Positions 1 to 12,570 of a stretch of DNA of 64,000 nt are shown piece by piece. The notes under the pieces are model-generated. The model was not told the DNA's origin, ran no database searches, and saw only the letters and a program-made list of their open reading frames with translations. Origin of the DNA: Lama glama. Its lineage: Eukaryota. The position numbers and the translations under genes are program-made. The first letter of the stretch is position 1, and each line of letters opens with the position of its first letter. Location of the stretch: NCBI GenBank assembly GCA_028534125.1, contig CM052824.1, positions 60,574,001-60,638,000 of the forward strand. The letters are read 5' to 3'.

Positions 1-128
1 TCCTCACCCAGGACACATCAGGTCAGGGACTCGGACACGGTAGGCAGGGCCTGAGTCTGAGCAGCGGGCGGGAGGACGAGCTGGCTCATCTTCCCACCAT
101 GACCCATCAACGCTTTAAATAATCGTAG

Positions 129-461
<333 letters not shown>

Positions 462-2799
462 TAAGCAGTGAAAGTGCAAACAAGATGCACAGGTGGCCTC
501 GCAGCCCGGCTGCGCCGAAGTAACCCTGTGGGGCGTCCTTGTCGCCAGAGTCTCAGCTGAAGGGCAGCAGGCGTGCAAGCCCTGGGCTGACAGGAGCGTG
601 TGGGCTGTGTGGGCACATGCGTGTGTGTGTGTGCAGGTCACGCAAAAAAAAAAAGAGTCCAGAAGGAGGCGGTGCCTGGACGTAACCGCGCAAGGGGGGG
701 GCTTCTCGCTGTCTTCCGGGGGGAATCGAGGAGGGACAGATTCCCACGTGTCGGGGCTGCTCCTGATCAGCCCTGCAGCCAAGCAGAGGACCGACAGCAC
801 TTAACACCGGAGAGTGGAGAACAGAGCACCTGGGCGGGGGCAGGCGGGGCGCCCGTGGCTGAGCGCTCGTCCTTGGTTCCAAACATGGAGCAGCTCAGAC
901 TCGGGAGCCCCGAAGGAAGCATGTATCAAACGTGTTCAGTCACAATTGCTCTAGTTTACCAGCTTCATTGCAGTGTCGTTTATATGCCCTGGAACCCATC
1001 TGTATGAAGCGATCCAATGATGGTCAGTGAGTTTGGGGAACCAGGTGACCGTCGCCACGCCAGTCTGGTGTCAGGGCACTTCCTCCCCGCCAAAAGAGCC
1101 CTGGTTCCTGCCTCCAGCCATGCGCCTGCCCCACGCCGGGCACCACGAGTGTGCTGCTCTGCGTGTGGATGGAGTCTCCCCCTGTGGGGTCACGCTCGGC
1201 CCCTCGCTCCCGTGTCAGTGCCCCTGTCCCCTTTCTGGACCAGCCGCCTCTCCTCCTCTCCGCCCGGCACCCCTGTCCACCCGCGTCTGTGGATGACATT
1301 CGGGTCCTTGGCACTTCTTGGCCACTGTGAACAGTGCTGCTGTGAAGGTCCGCGGGCAGGTGTTTGTGTACATGCATTTTGGTTTCTCTTGGGTTTATAC
1401 TTACGAGTGGAATTGCTGGATCATATAGTAGTTGTGTGTTTAAATTTTTCAAGAAACAGGTGAACTGTCTTCCAAAGTGGCTGCACCGTTTTACCACCCC
1501 ATTAGCCACATGGGACGAGGATTTCTCCTCGTCCTCATCAAGGACTCGGCACCCTGAGGCCATCCAGTGACCTCTCCGTCTGGGTTTGACTCGCATTTCC
1601 CTGAAACTGCTGGCGTTGAGCAGCTTTCCGAGTGCTTGTTGGCCACTTGTATGTCTTCTGCTGAGAAATGTCTATTCATGCATTCCAGCCGTTTTTTAAA
1701 TGGGGTTGTTTGTCTTAGTTTTTAGTTGCACAAGCTCTTATGTATTCTGGATACAAGTCCTTCATCAGATACACCTTTGCAAATACTTTCTTTCAGTCTG
1801 TGGCTTATCTTTTCATCTCCTTAATGTTGTCTTTTGAAGTGCAAACTTGTACAATTTTGATAAAGTCCAGCTTGTCCATTTTTTCTTTCACAGGCCGTCA
1901 TCTTGGTGACGTATCTAAGGATTCTCAGCCCAAGTTCACAGAGACTTTCTCCTCTTTTCTTCTACAGCTTTTGCTCTTCGTCTAGGTCTGTGATTGTTTT
2001 GAGTTAATTTTTGAGGATAAGACAGAGGTCTAAATTCATCTTTTTCTGTGTGGATTCCAGTTGTCCCAGTGCCATGTGTCCCATTCCTACGTTTGCCCCA
2101 CTGATTGCCTGGGCACCGTGGTGGAGAGGCACTTGACCACGAGGGTGAGGGTTTCCGGCTGGACTCTCAGTTCTGTTCCATTGATCTACGTGTCTCTCTG
2201 ACACCATGGCCACACCGTCTTGATCATTGTAGCCTGGAATTGGCGATTTCTCCAGTTTTGGTTCTTTTGCAGAATTGTTTTGGCCATTCTGGGACCCTTG
2301 TATTTCCATGTAAATATTTTAGGGTCGGCTTGTCAATTTCTGCCACTAAATCAAGCAAGCCGGCTGGGATTTTGTCGGAGGTGCACCGACTCTAGCCAGG
2401 AGACCTGCCGCTAACGGTCCTGAGTCTTCCAACTCAAGAAGGCGAAACACCCCCCATCTCGGTCCGCCTTTGCTTTCATCGGGGTTTGTGCTTTTCAGTG
2501 TGCAAGTCTCGCACTTCTTTTGTGAGATGTGCTAATAAATGATGAATAACTTGTTACTGGTTGTTTAATTATGGTTTGTTTATTCAGAAATTAATTCATT
2601 CTGTACTTTGTGCTATTGTGTATGGAATTATTACCTTCGTTTCAGAAGCCGCCAGACCACAGTTGATTTTTATGTATTGGTCGTATATCCCCAGACCTGG
2701 TGAGACACGCTGTCCTGCAGTTTTTCTGAGGACCTAAGATTTTCTAGATACAGATCATGTCTACGAGGAAATGCAATTTTAGTTCTTCCTTTGCAGCCT

Positions 2800-3500
2800 G
2801 GGTGTGTTTTCTTTCCACTTGTTCTGCACTGGTTTACATTCCCCCAGCAAGACTGCGGGTCCCAGCTCCACGTCCTCACCACTTGCCACCCCGCCCGTCG
2901 TCGCAGGCGTCCTGTGGGTGTGAGGCGGTGTCTCACTGTGGTCCTGCTTGCGTTTGCCTGATGAGTAAAGACATGGAGCACGTTTTCGTGCACTGATTGG
3001 CCGTCTGTGTATCTTCTTTGGAGAAACATCTATTCGGATCCTCTGCGCATCAAAACATCGGGGCAACTTGTCTTTTTACTGTGGGTCGTTGAGAGCTCTT
3101 TACATACTCTGGATGCAAGTCTTTTATCAGATATCTGGCTGGCAAATATTCTTTTCCCATCTTGTGGGCTGTCTTGCACTTTCTTAATGGTGTCTTTTGA
3201 ACACAGAAGTTTAACTTTTGATGGCGTCCGGTTGATCTGCCGTCTCCTTCCGTCGCTAGTGCCTTCTGGAACCGCATCTAGGAAGACTCTCTCGCCCACA
3301 GGCATGGAGGTTTAGCCCCACGCTTCCTCCTCAGCGTTTGCGTGTTTAGCTCTTACATTTAAGTCTGGGGTCTATTTGGCGTTGATCTTTGTACGTGGGG
3401 TGAGACGGGGGTCCGGCTGGCTTCTTTCACACGTGGACACCCAGCAGTCCCGGTGTCATCTGCTAAAAGACTGTTTTCCTCCATGAATTACCTGGACATC
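2800..3500 (-). mobile_element. Second L1 ORF2 C-terminal fragment nested in the older L1
   Basis: Repeats the ORF2 C-terminal region already seen at ~1450-2100 (KVKLLCSKDTIKKV...IFASQISDKRLASRVCKEL). Confidence 0.7.
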
Positions 3501-6265
3501 CCATCTGCTAAAATTTTGTTCAGCGTTTTGCCTGTCTCTTCATCAGGGTATCGCTCTCCTTTCTTCTTACGACGTCTCTGTCTGGGTTTGGGGCTGGGGT
3601 GACGCTGCCCTCAGCTAAGCTGAGAAACTCCCTCCCCTTCAATTTTCTGAAAGCGTTTGTGTTGAATTGGTATCTTTCCTTCTTAAACGTCTGGTAGGGT
3701 TCGGTATGAAGCCCATCTGGGCCTGGAGTCTTCTTCGTGGGAAGGTGTTTGAGTGCGGTTCCACTTCCCTGGTGGGCGCGGGACCGCCCCGCTCAGCCGT
3801 CTCTTCCCGAGGGCGCTGCGCTGGCGCGTACCAGGCTGTCGGCTTCCTTGGCGTCGCCTGTTCGCCGTGTTTCCGGGCTCCCCCTTCGATGACCTGCTGC
3901 CACCTCTCTTGTTTCTCGTGCAGATGATCGCTGTCTGCTTTCTTTTTTGCTGACGAGTCTGACTTGAGAGGTTATCCGTTTTACTGATAAACAACCAAAG
4001 TTTTGGTTTAATTGGCTTCTGTATTGTTGTCTCTTTTCTATTTCACTAATTCCTGTTTTAATCTTATTATTTCCTTGCTTCTGCTTAGTTTGGGTTTCAT
4101 TTGCTCTCCTCTTTGTAGTTTCTTCAGGGGGAAAGCGTCTATGGCTATCTGAGACCTTCCTTTTCTAGCACCGAAGCTCGTTGCTCGCAGCGTCCCCGTC
4201 GGCGCCCCTCTGGCTGTGCCCGCAGACCTCGACGTGCTGTGCGCTCATCTTCGTTCAGCCCCAAGTGCTTTCTGATCTGCCTTCTGATCTCCTCTGGACT
4301 CGCACGTTATTTCACAGGGTGTCGTTGCATTGCCGGTGTCTGGGGGTTTTCCAGAGATCTTCCTTCCTCACTGATTCCAATTTAATTCTATGTGGTTATT
4401 AGAGCCATACTTTGAATTCCTTTAAATTTATTGAGACTTGTTTTATGGCTCCGAATGCAGTCTATTTTGGTAACGTTCTGTGTGCATTTTGGGAAGAGCA
4501 TGAAGTCCGCTTTTGTCGGGCAGAACAGCCCACCAGTGTCAGACCTGATGGATTGTGTTGCCGTGGCTGGCAGGTTTGCTGCATCCTTGCTGGTCTTCTA
4601 GCCGCTTGTTGCATGAGTTATCGACTGTGGTGCATCGAAATCTATGATTACTCTTGTCTTTTTGTCTATTTCTGCTTTTATTGCTGCCACTTTTAGCTTT
4701 GTGTGTTTTGAAGCTCAATTACTAGGGGCGTACACATTTAGGATTTTCATGTCATTTAATTAATTGACTCCTCATCACTGTGAAGTGACGTTCTTTATCT
4801 CTGGAAACAGCCTCTGCTCCGACAGCTGCTTTCGGTGATGGTAAGATCATGACTAGCTTTCCTTTGACGAGTATCAGCATTTTTATCCATCCTTTTACCT
4901 TTAACCTATTTGTGTCTTTATAGTGTAAGTGGGTTTTTGTGGGCTGCATGTGGTTGGGTCTTGCTTTTTTATCCCATGTAAACATCTCTCTTTTAACTCA
5001 AGTGTCTGCGCTGTTCACATTTAACATAATTATTGATACAGCAGGTTTGAACCTGCCACTTTCCGGTTTCTTCTCTATTTTCCCAGCTGCTTTTTCCCCC
5101 TTTATGCTCCACTCCTATCTTTTTTGGATTCGCTGAGTATTTTTTAGATTCCATTTTCTCTCCTCTGCTGGTTTATCAATGGTAGCTCTTTGCTGTGTCC
5201 TCTTAGGGGCTCCTTCGAGGTTTACACCGTGCGTCGGTCACCTGGCACAGCCCGCTCTCCCGTGACACCATCCGGCTTGACACGTACGGGCTTCACAGTG
5301 TACGCTCCGCTCCAACCCCAATCCTCATGCGATTGTTTCAGTGCATTTTACAGTCACGTAACTCAAAAGCTTGCAACGCATCGTTATTGTTTTTGTTTGT
5401 ACAGTCACGTATCTTCTAAAGAGTGAGAAAACAGGAAGGGAAGTCTCACCTGTGTTTCCCCATCACAGCTGCCACCTCGGGCCCGCTCCTTCCCGCAGGC
5501 GCAAACTTCCAGCTGCTCCCATTTCCCTTCTGCCTGAGGGGCGTGACTGTCACACGTGCTTGCTGGCGATGAATCCTTTCAGCTTTCCTACGTCTTGACT
5601 TTGCGCTGCTGTCTGATGGATGCTGCGACCACACACGGGGTCCTGGCTCCTCTTCCCGGGCTTCCTGGCACCGCCTGGTCTGCGCTGTTTTCTGTGGGAA
5701 ACCTGCCCCACCCGCGCCTCAGGTCTCGGTGCAGACGTCCTTTGTCTCTGGCTTCTCTTCAGGTTTCTTTTTATCGCTGGTTTGAGCAATTTGACTGCGG
5801 TGCGACGAGGGGTAGCTGTCTCCATGTTTCTTGCACTTGGGTCCATTGAGCTTCTTGGGTCTCTGGGTTTATAGTTTTCATCAAACTTGGCATATTTCAG
5901 CCCTATTTCTTCTGATAATTTTCTGTCACAGCCTTTGCCCGCCGCCCCGAGACCCCGATTATCCACGTGTCAGACGGCTCCAGGTTGCCCCACTGGAGAA
6001 TCCCCAGGTTCATGGATTCTCCTTCCCGCCCTCCCTTTTTTTTCCCCCCTTTTTTCTCACAGGGTGTCATTCTGGATATTTTCTGTAGCTACATTTTCAA
6101 GCTCATGAATCTTTTTTTTTTTTTGCAATATCTAATCTGCCATTGATCACATCCATGTTTTTCATTTCATAGTTTTCATCTGTAGAGTCAACGTTCTTTT
6201 TTGTATCTTCTATGTCTCTACTTAACTTTTGAACACATGGAATACAACTACGATAATAACTTAGA

Positions 6266-6420
6266 GGGGAGGAGGGTACAGCTCAGTGGTGGAGCACATG
6301 CTTAGCTTGCACCAGGTCCTGGCTTCAATCCCCAGCACCTCTATTTAAAAAAATAATAATAATAAATAAATAGACCCAATAACTTCTCTCCCTCTGAAAA
6401 AATTAAAAGAATAAATAAAT
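6266..6420 (+). mobile_element. tRNA-derived SINE (camelid Vic-1-like)
   Basis: ggagggtacagctcagtggtggagcacatgcttagc...gtcctggcttcaatccccagcacc with A and B boxes, followed by an AT-rich (AAAT)n tail. Confidence 0.85.
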
Positions 6421-7764
6421 AATTTTTTTTAAATTTGAAAAATATCCTTTTCTGCGAATTCTAACATCTGGGTCAGTTTGAGTTGACGGCGGCTCCCCCT
6501 TGTTACGGCTGCACTTCCCTGCGTTCTCTGCGAGCCTGGTGGTCTTGTATTGGATGCTGGACATTGTGAATGTCAACTTGTTGGGGGCCAGAGGCGTCTC
6601 TGCTCCTATCAACGTTTTGGAGCTTTGTTCTGGGTGCAGTTCAGTCACCTGGAGACAGTGTAATCCTCTCAGGTCTTGGCTTCAGGGTTTCTTTGTGCTG
6701 GAGTAGGGCTCAGCCTAAGAACAGTCACTGCCCAGTACTGAGAGCTCTTCTGAGTCTTGCAGCCTCTCCAAGAACCGGCGCCGACCCCCTCCTGTGGGGC
6801 CTCAGGCCCTGCCCCACTCCCATCCTCTCAGGTGGATTTCCACAACCCCCCGGCCTGATCTGCCCTGCGCTGATCTGTGCTCTGCTGTACCCCCGGCGTT
6901 CCCACAAACGGCTGGGCCCCCCTCCCGTCTGCTCCTCTCCCGTGTGAGCCTGTCTCTTCATTCACCCAGAAGCTTTCTGGGCCTGCGCAGCTGCCCACCC
7001 ACACCAGTCCTGCGCAGTCTCTCAGGGCAGTGACCTGGGTGGCTGTGGAGTCCACGTTGTGTGTTGCCCGACTTCCAGGGACCACTGTCCTGGTCTGATG
7101 TCCAGGGTCTTGAAAACATCATCTTATATCTCGTCTGCTCCTTTGGTTACTTCAGGTAGGAGGGTCAGTGGGTCCCAGTTACTCTGTCTTGACCAGAAAG
7201 CGAGGCCAGTCAGCCCACTGGTGGTCTTTATGCCCCACCCGGTTCCTCTTCTCTCCAAGTCCACATACTCCCGGGTTTGCCCTGCGCGTCTCAGCAGATC
7301 TCAGCAGCCCGGGCTGGACAGGCAGGGCCCTTACTGGCACTGGTCCATGCTCGGTGTTGGCTCTGAACCCCTGAGTCCAGACGGCCAGGCCTGTGCTCGG
7401 TGCCTTGCGGATGTGGGCCAGAGGTTGGGCCCTCCCCCGGGTCACGGTGGGAGGTGGGTGACCAGCACCACAGAGCTAGCCTCGCTGCGGGTGCTCACTG
7501 CAGCCCCCCGCAGCCTGAGTAGGGAGGCCCTGAGGCCAGCCAGCGAGGACAGTCCGTCCTGGAGAGACCTCCCAGAACTGGACTGAGTCAGAACTCCCAT
7601 CAAGGGGTGGAGGTGTCCCGGGGAGTGTAGAAGGCTCAGCCCAGGGCCGGGGCCGGGAGGAGCAGAGGGACCCGGACATAAGCAGAGCGCTCAGGGCATT
7701 GCGGTCGCGGCGGGGCCAGCACCCGGCTCCTCCTGGGGCTCTGTGGCCCAGCGGGACGGGATGA

Positions 7765-7953
<189 letters not shown>

Positions 7954-8339
7954 TGAGTATGGGGGACCCTGGGTGACCCCCTTGCAGGGCAGGGAGGGGT
8001 TCCTCCTCGACTCTGAGCCCCTCCCACACCCTCCAGGACGCTGTGAGCACTGGGGACACGCACACTGTCTGGTGGGGGGAAGGGGAGGCACCTTCAGACA
8101 GTGGGGGCCAGACAGGGGTACGGGGGGCAGGGAGGGGGTCTGGGCAGGGGGACAGGGAGGCAGGGAGGACAGGGCTTCAGGGAGGACTGCCCCTTCCTTC
8201 TCACTTCCCTGGTCTCAGTGTGGCCACCTTGGCCCTTCCTCCTCCCTGGACCTGCCCCAGGGCCCCCTTGTTCCCTGCAGCCAGGTGTCACCCCTAGCTT
8301 GGCGTCAGGCAGAGCCCAGCCCTGTCCTTCCCTCCGCAG

Positions 8340-8464
8340 CGGGTTCCAGTGTCTCTCCTTCCCTCTGTCCAGCCCCCAGTCCGGGGGCCTGGAGCCCAGA
8401 GCTGCCCTAGGAAGTGCCGATGCCGACTCGCCGCCCGCTGAGGCAGACCCCATGCGCCGGGCCG
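8340..8464 (+). CDS. MORN1: MORN1 coding exon (equivalent to human exon 10)
   Basis: Acceptor ccttccctccgcag| and donor G|gtgagt; 125 nt, phase 2/1. Translates GFQCLSFPLSSPQSGGLEPRAALGSADADSPPAEADPMRRA, versus human [29 protein letters not shown]. Confidence 0.9.
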
Positions 8465-9602
8465 GTGAGTGCTGTCAACCAAGGGTCTGGGTGGGCAGCA
8501 TGAGCTTGAGTGTTCAGGGTGACAGCGGTGGCCCCAAAGCCGGACAGGAGGAAACAAAGTTGAGCCCTGAGATGAGTGGACCTGGGAGACACAGGCCATC
8601 CTGGGAAAGCGGTGCCCAGGCCCCAGCAGACCTCGGCCGGACAACAAGTGGGACTGCCTCCGAAGGGCTGTCGCCGTGGCAGGGGGTTAAACGGCAGGCT
8701 GGGGGCTGCTGGCCTGGCATCCCGGCTGCTGCCCGTGCTCACCACGCAGACCCAGGGCCCTCGTGGGGTTGGGGTCAGCGGCCCTGAGGCTGCCGCGGCG
8801 CTGTCCTGCGCTCTCCACGCTCACCTCCCCTTGTCGCCGTGACCAGAGCGAAGTCCTCCTGTTTGTTCACCTGGCCGATGATCTGAGGGCTGTTTCTGCT
8901 CAGGGCTAGCCCTGGAGGATGGCAACCCCACCAAGGCCGCTGCCCGGGAGGCCTGTGGTCGGCCTGGACGGACTCTGGGCCCCCGGCTGTCTGTAGGGAC
9001 CTTGTGGGCCTGACAGTCGCGCGTTCACCTCATTTCCGGCTGATTCCACTCTGACTGGAGCGCACGGCATCGCCACGTGCGCCGGCCCCCGATTCTCACG
9101 GGGGCGATGGGCTCCGGCACCGGCAGAGCCCGGCTCCCCCAGGCCCGGGCGAGCAAAGCCCACTCACCAGAACACAGGTCTGGCTTCCCATGGGTTTTTG
9201 GGATTATTCCCGGAGGCCGTGGTGGCACTTGGCGCGGATCGGAGTCCAGTCACTGCAGTCCGTCACAGATCCAACCCTCCCGGTGCAGGGGCGTTGCGGT
9301 AATGGTAGAAGGCATCCCGCCCAGCATGGGCCGCGGGGTCCGCCGGGTCCCTCGCCCTCGGCGTGGGAAGTGCAGCTGCGCCCGACCCGCCTAGGGCGCC
9401 GGTGTCTGGGGCCGGGCCCCCGCCCGGGACCCGCACACACTCTGCTCTGGTGTACGGCCCGCACGCTCTCCTCAGCCGTCTGCGGGGCCCGACCTCACAG
9501 TTAGGGCTCCCGCTCTGGGTGCGGCCGGGGTGGGGCGGGGTCGGGGGCAGAGACTTGCCGAGTCCACAGCCCGGGCCAGCCAGGGCGGCTGTGCGGGGCT
9601 GG

Positions 9603-10134
9603 TGTTGCAGGAAAGCGGGGCACGAAAGGAGGGCTGGGCCCCAGGCTTCAGGCGGGTCCCTGGGAGGCGCCCCGCCAAGTGAGGGTCCTTGGCTTCGCGC
9701 AGAGAAGAACTCAAGAGTGAGCCCAGGGGGAGTGAGGTACATTTGTTCAGGGAGACGTGCTCCTCAGACGGTGCACAGGCGGCTCTGAAGGCGAGAGGCC
9801 CGGGGCAGGGGTTGCTAGTTTTTATAGGCGCGGTAACTTCATATGCTAACGAGCTGGAGGCTTATTCCGACCATTTGGGGGCTGGGATTCCCAGGAACTG
9901 GGACCACCCACATTTGGCCTTTTATGGTCAGCCTGGGAACTGTCTTGGCACCTGTGGGAGGGCCATTCACCATGCTGATACATTGCAGTGAGCGGACAGT
10001 GAGGCTCAAGGTCGCCTGGAGGTTGAGTCTTCAGCCATCTCCGGGCCTGGTTGGTTCTACCCAGTTTTTGTCATATCCTCAGTTGCTGTGTCCTTCTTTT
10101 AATGGCTGTGCCCGACTCCTCCGCTCCTGTCTCA
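9603..10134 (-). mobile_element. ERV1-like solo LTR
   Basis: TG...CA termini (tgttgcagg ... cctgtctca) flanked by ctgg/ctga, a 3-of-4 match to a 4-bp TSD. The internal ttggcttcgcgcagagaagaactcaagagtgagcc resembles the antisense R/U5 of MER4/MER51-group LTRs. Minus-strand TATAAAA lies near 9820. Confidence 0.7.
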
Positions 10135-11269
10135 CTGAGACAAGGCAGCGTTCAGACCGAGGCCCGGGTCCTGCCCTCACGGGTCAGGCAGGGCCAGTGG
10201 GTCACCTGGTGGTGCAAGGGCCCCTTGGTGGCCTGGCCTGAGACCCCCTCTCTGCTTCCACCTCAGTTTATAGCAGCAAGTTTAGCTGCGTCGAAGAATG
10301 TGCTCCTATTTCTGCGTAAAAGCGCCCCCTGGGTGCCAGGCCTTCCCCGGAGGGATTTCAGGGCCGCTCTGGAGGGGAGGGCTCGCAGGAATCCTGGCCT
10401 GAACGTGGGTCCCGCGTGGGCCAAGGCGGGCTGGCGGGCTGGACTTGGCTTGGCGGGATGTGGGTATCGAGCCGTAGAAACTGCCTTTGGAGAAGCCAGG
10501 GGACCAGGTTTCTGCTCTTGTAAGATCCACTCAGTTCCAGCCCTCAACTCTCTGCATCTGGCGCTGAGTCAGAGGCCCTGGGTCCCCCCCAGGTGTGTCT
10601 GGGGACCTACCCAGAGTCTCCACCATGTTTCCTCTTGTACAAACCGAGGCCGTCACAGCATCTGCCTCCATGACCCTGACCCGGTGCCCCGCTGCACCCC
10701 CTCCATCCCAGCCACAGGGTCTGACCTAAGAAGTGCACCTGAGAAGGGAGAGGGCCCGCTGCCCAGAGGCCAGGGGGCTGAGCTCTGCTTTTGCTTCTCC
10801 TAAAACTGACCGTTCCCTTTGTGGGAACAGGTTCACGCAGGACCATTCCCACTGAAAGTCTTCCCCAACACAGCTGCCTTCAGAGCGTCCCCCAACCCCT
10901 CAGACATGTTAGCAGGGGTCTGGGCCGGCTCAGGGTCACGAACATGCTGTGTCCGTCTGTCCTCCGTCTGTCCTGATGTTCGAGCTCTGCCGTGAGTAGG
11001 ATTGTGGTTAGCCCAAGTAAGAGAAACCCTGAGATAATCACGGTTGAAAGTGGGGGCCTGGAGGGGTCACCTCGTGTCCCAGCTCCTGGTCAGCAGGAAG
11101 GAGGGGGCCGGGGCTGCTGGGGCCTGGGGTGCGGCCGGCAGGACCTGGGACCCCGGGATGGAGCGGCGCCGGAGGGGAGCACGGGGCTGCGGGGGCGGGG
11201 AGTGAGTGAGGCTTTTTTTTAAGTAAAATGGCTTATTCTCAGGCTCTCCAGGGACAGAGATCTTCCCTT

Positions 11270-11419
11270 GTTTGTTTTTACCTATTTGTTTGTTTATTTT
11301 TGCAGAGGGAAGGTACTTAGGTTTATTCACTTATTTTTTTCGGTGGTGGTCCCAGGGATTGAACCCAGGACCTCGTGCGTGCCAAGCACGCACTCTCCCA
11401 TTTGAGCTATACCCTCCCT
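11270..11419 (-). mobile_element. tRNA-derived SINE (Vic-1-like), antisense
   Basis: The reverse complement reads gggagggtatagctcaaatgggagagtgcgtgcttggcacgcacgaggtcctgggttcaatccctggg..., followed by an A-rich tail. Confidence 0.85.
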
Positions 11420-12259
11420 TCTTCTTTAGCTTCTAAGTTTTCCTTATCCACTGTCTGAGAAGGCACAAAGTGCAAGCCCCACGTGCACAGGATCACAGAG
11501 CAGGACCCTTTGCTCCTGGGAGTGAACCTGTGTGTCCTCGAGACCGTCCGCCTCACATTCACCCCCGCCCCCAGCCACAGCCCTTCCTTGCTTGTCCTCC
11601 CCTAGGCCAGGCCTTCGCCAAGGGTCTGAGAGCCTTTTTCAAGCCTTCAGAGAGTCCAGGGGTCTCGGGTTCCAGCCCGAGTCGCCGCCTGCCTCTGCGC
11701 TCACCTGGGCGAGGGCTGTGTGAGGAGGGATGCAGTCGTGGAGGGTGGGGGCCCTGGATGTCAGAGGGCATCCCCCTACAGCTCTGGCCACAGCCAGGAT
11801 CTCCTCACCACAGGTCTCTCGAGTGCGGGGCAGAGGGTTTTAGCTTGAAAGGCGATTTGGTACAAGTCCTGAAATAAATTTGGGCCAGAAAATCTCTGAC
11901 TGTCCCTCTTGAAGCACAGTGACCCTGGAGGAGGGAGTCCCATGAAATGTGCTTCCACGTTGGTCCCTTCCAGCCCAGGGTCACAGGCGTCCACACACAG
12001 CACAGCCAAACACAGGACAGCTTTTGTCCTGTCGCTCGGGCACCCTGTGCTCAGCAGGGCACCCCCTCCCCCGGTTACCTGTCTCTCCCCAGCTGACTCA
12101 GTGGGGCACTGAGCTCACAAGAGCGCCTGCTAAGTTTGGCTTCTTCCTAGGCGGACTATGTGCTTGCAGTGAGGTTTGGCTGCTTCTAACACAATCATGG
12201 CCTCAGCCCCATCGCTGTTTGTTCCTGACGTGAGTTTAGAGGCAGGGGTGACCTCCCTC

Positions 12260-12570
12260 CTGATCACCAGGAACTCCAGCTTCTGTTTCCTATTCTGCTG
12301 CTCTGCCATCTTTTGCCCATCACCTCATGGTCCAAGAGGGCTGCACAAGTGCCAGCCATCATGTCCCTATTCCAGCTAGCAAGAAGCAGGAAGGAGGGGC
12401 CTTCCCTTCTGAGAAGCTCTCTGGGTGTTCCACCCACTGCCGCTCACACCTCATTGGTTATGCAACCACCCCAGGCCACAAGGAGACAAGAAACACAATT
12501 TCCAGCTATGACCAGGTTCTGTTACCAGAGAAGAAGGGGAGACTGGGTATTTCGCATCAACCAGCCACCT
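12260..12570 (-). mobile_element. MaLR LTR relic (MLT1J/K-like)
   Basis: ccaagagggctgc...ccagccatcatgtc...ctcattgg...aggttctgttaccagagaagaagggga resembles the MLT1 antisense consensus. Confidence 0.6.

Larger units (their letters stand above)
1290..7200 (-). mobile_element. Old, degenerate LINE-1 (L1M-type) fragments, antisense, spanning most of the MORN1 intron after the first exon
   Basis: Minus-strand peptide relics: ORF2 C-terminus (NRHFSAEDIQVANKH, RHVDQWNRTESP), endonuclease-like (THLHYKDTNRLKVKGW) and ORF1-like (ENYKPRDPRSS...TPRRTAVKLLK). Also the typical T-rich antisense L1 3' sequence (ggaattgctggatcatat...). Boundaries approximate. Confidence 0.85.

Noticed and set aside
8465-8787. 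In-frame continuation past the MORN1 exon-10 donor (ORF 8101-8787)
   Set aside because: The donor GTGAGT is strong and the extension is low-complexity; an open frame is expected at this GC content.
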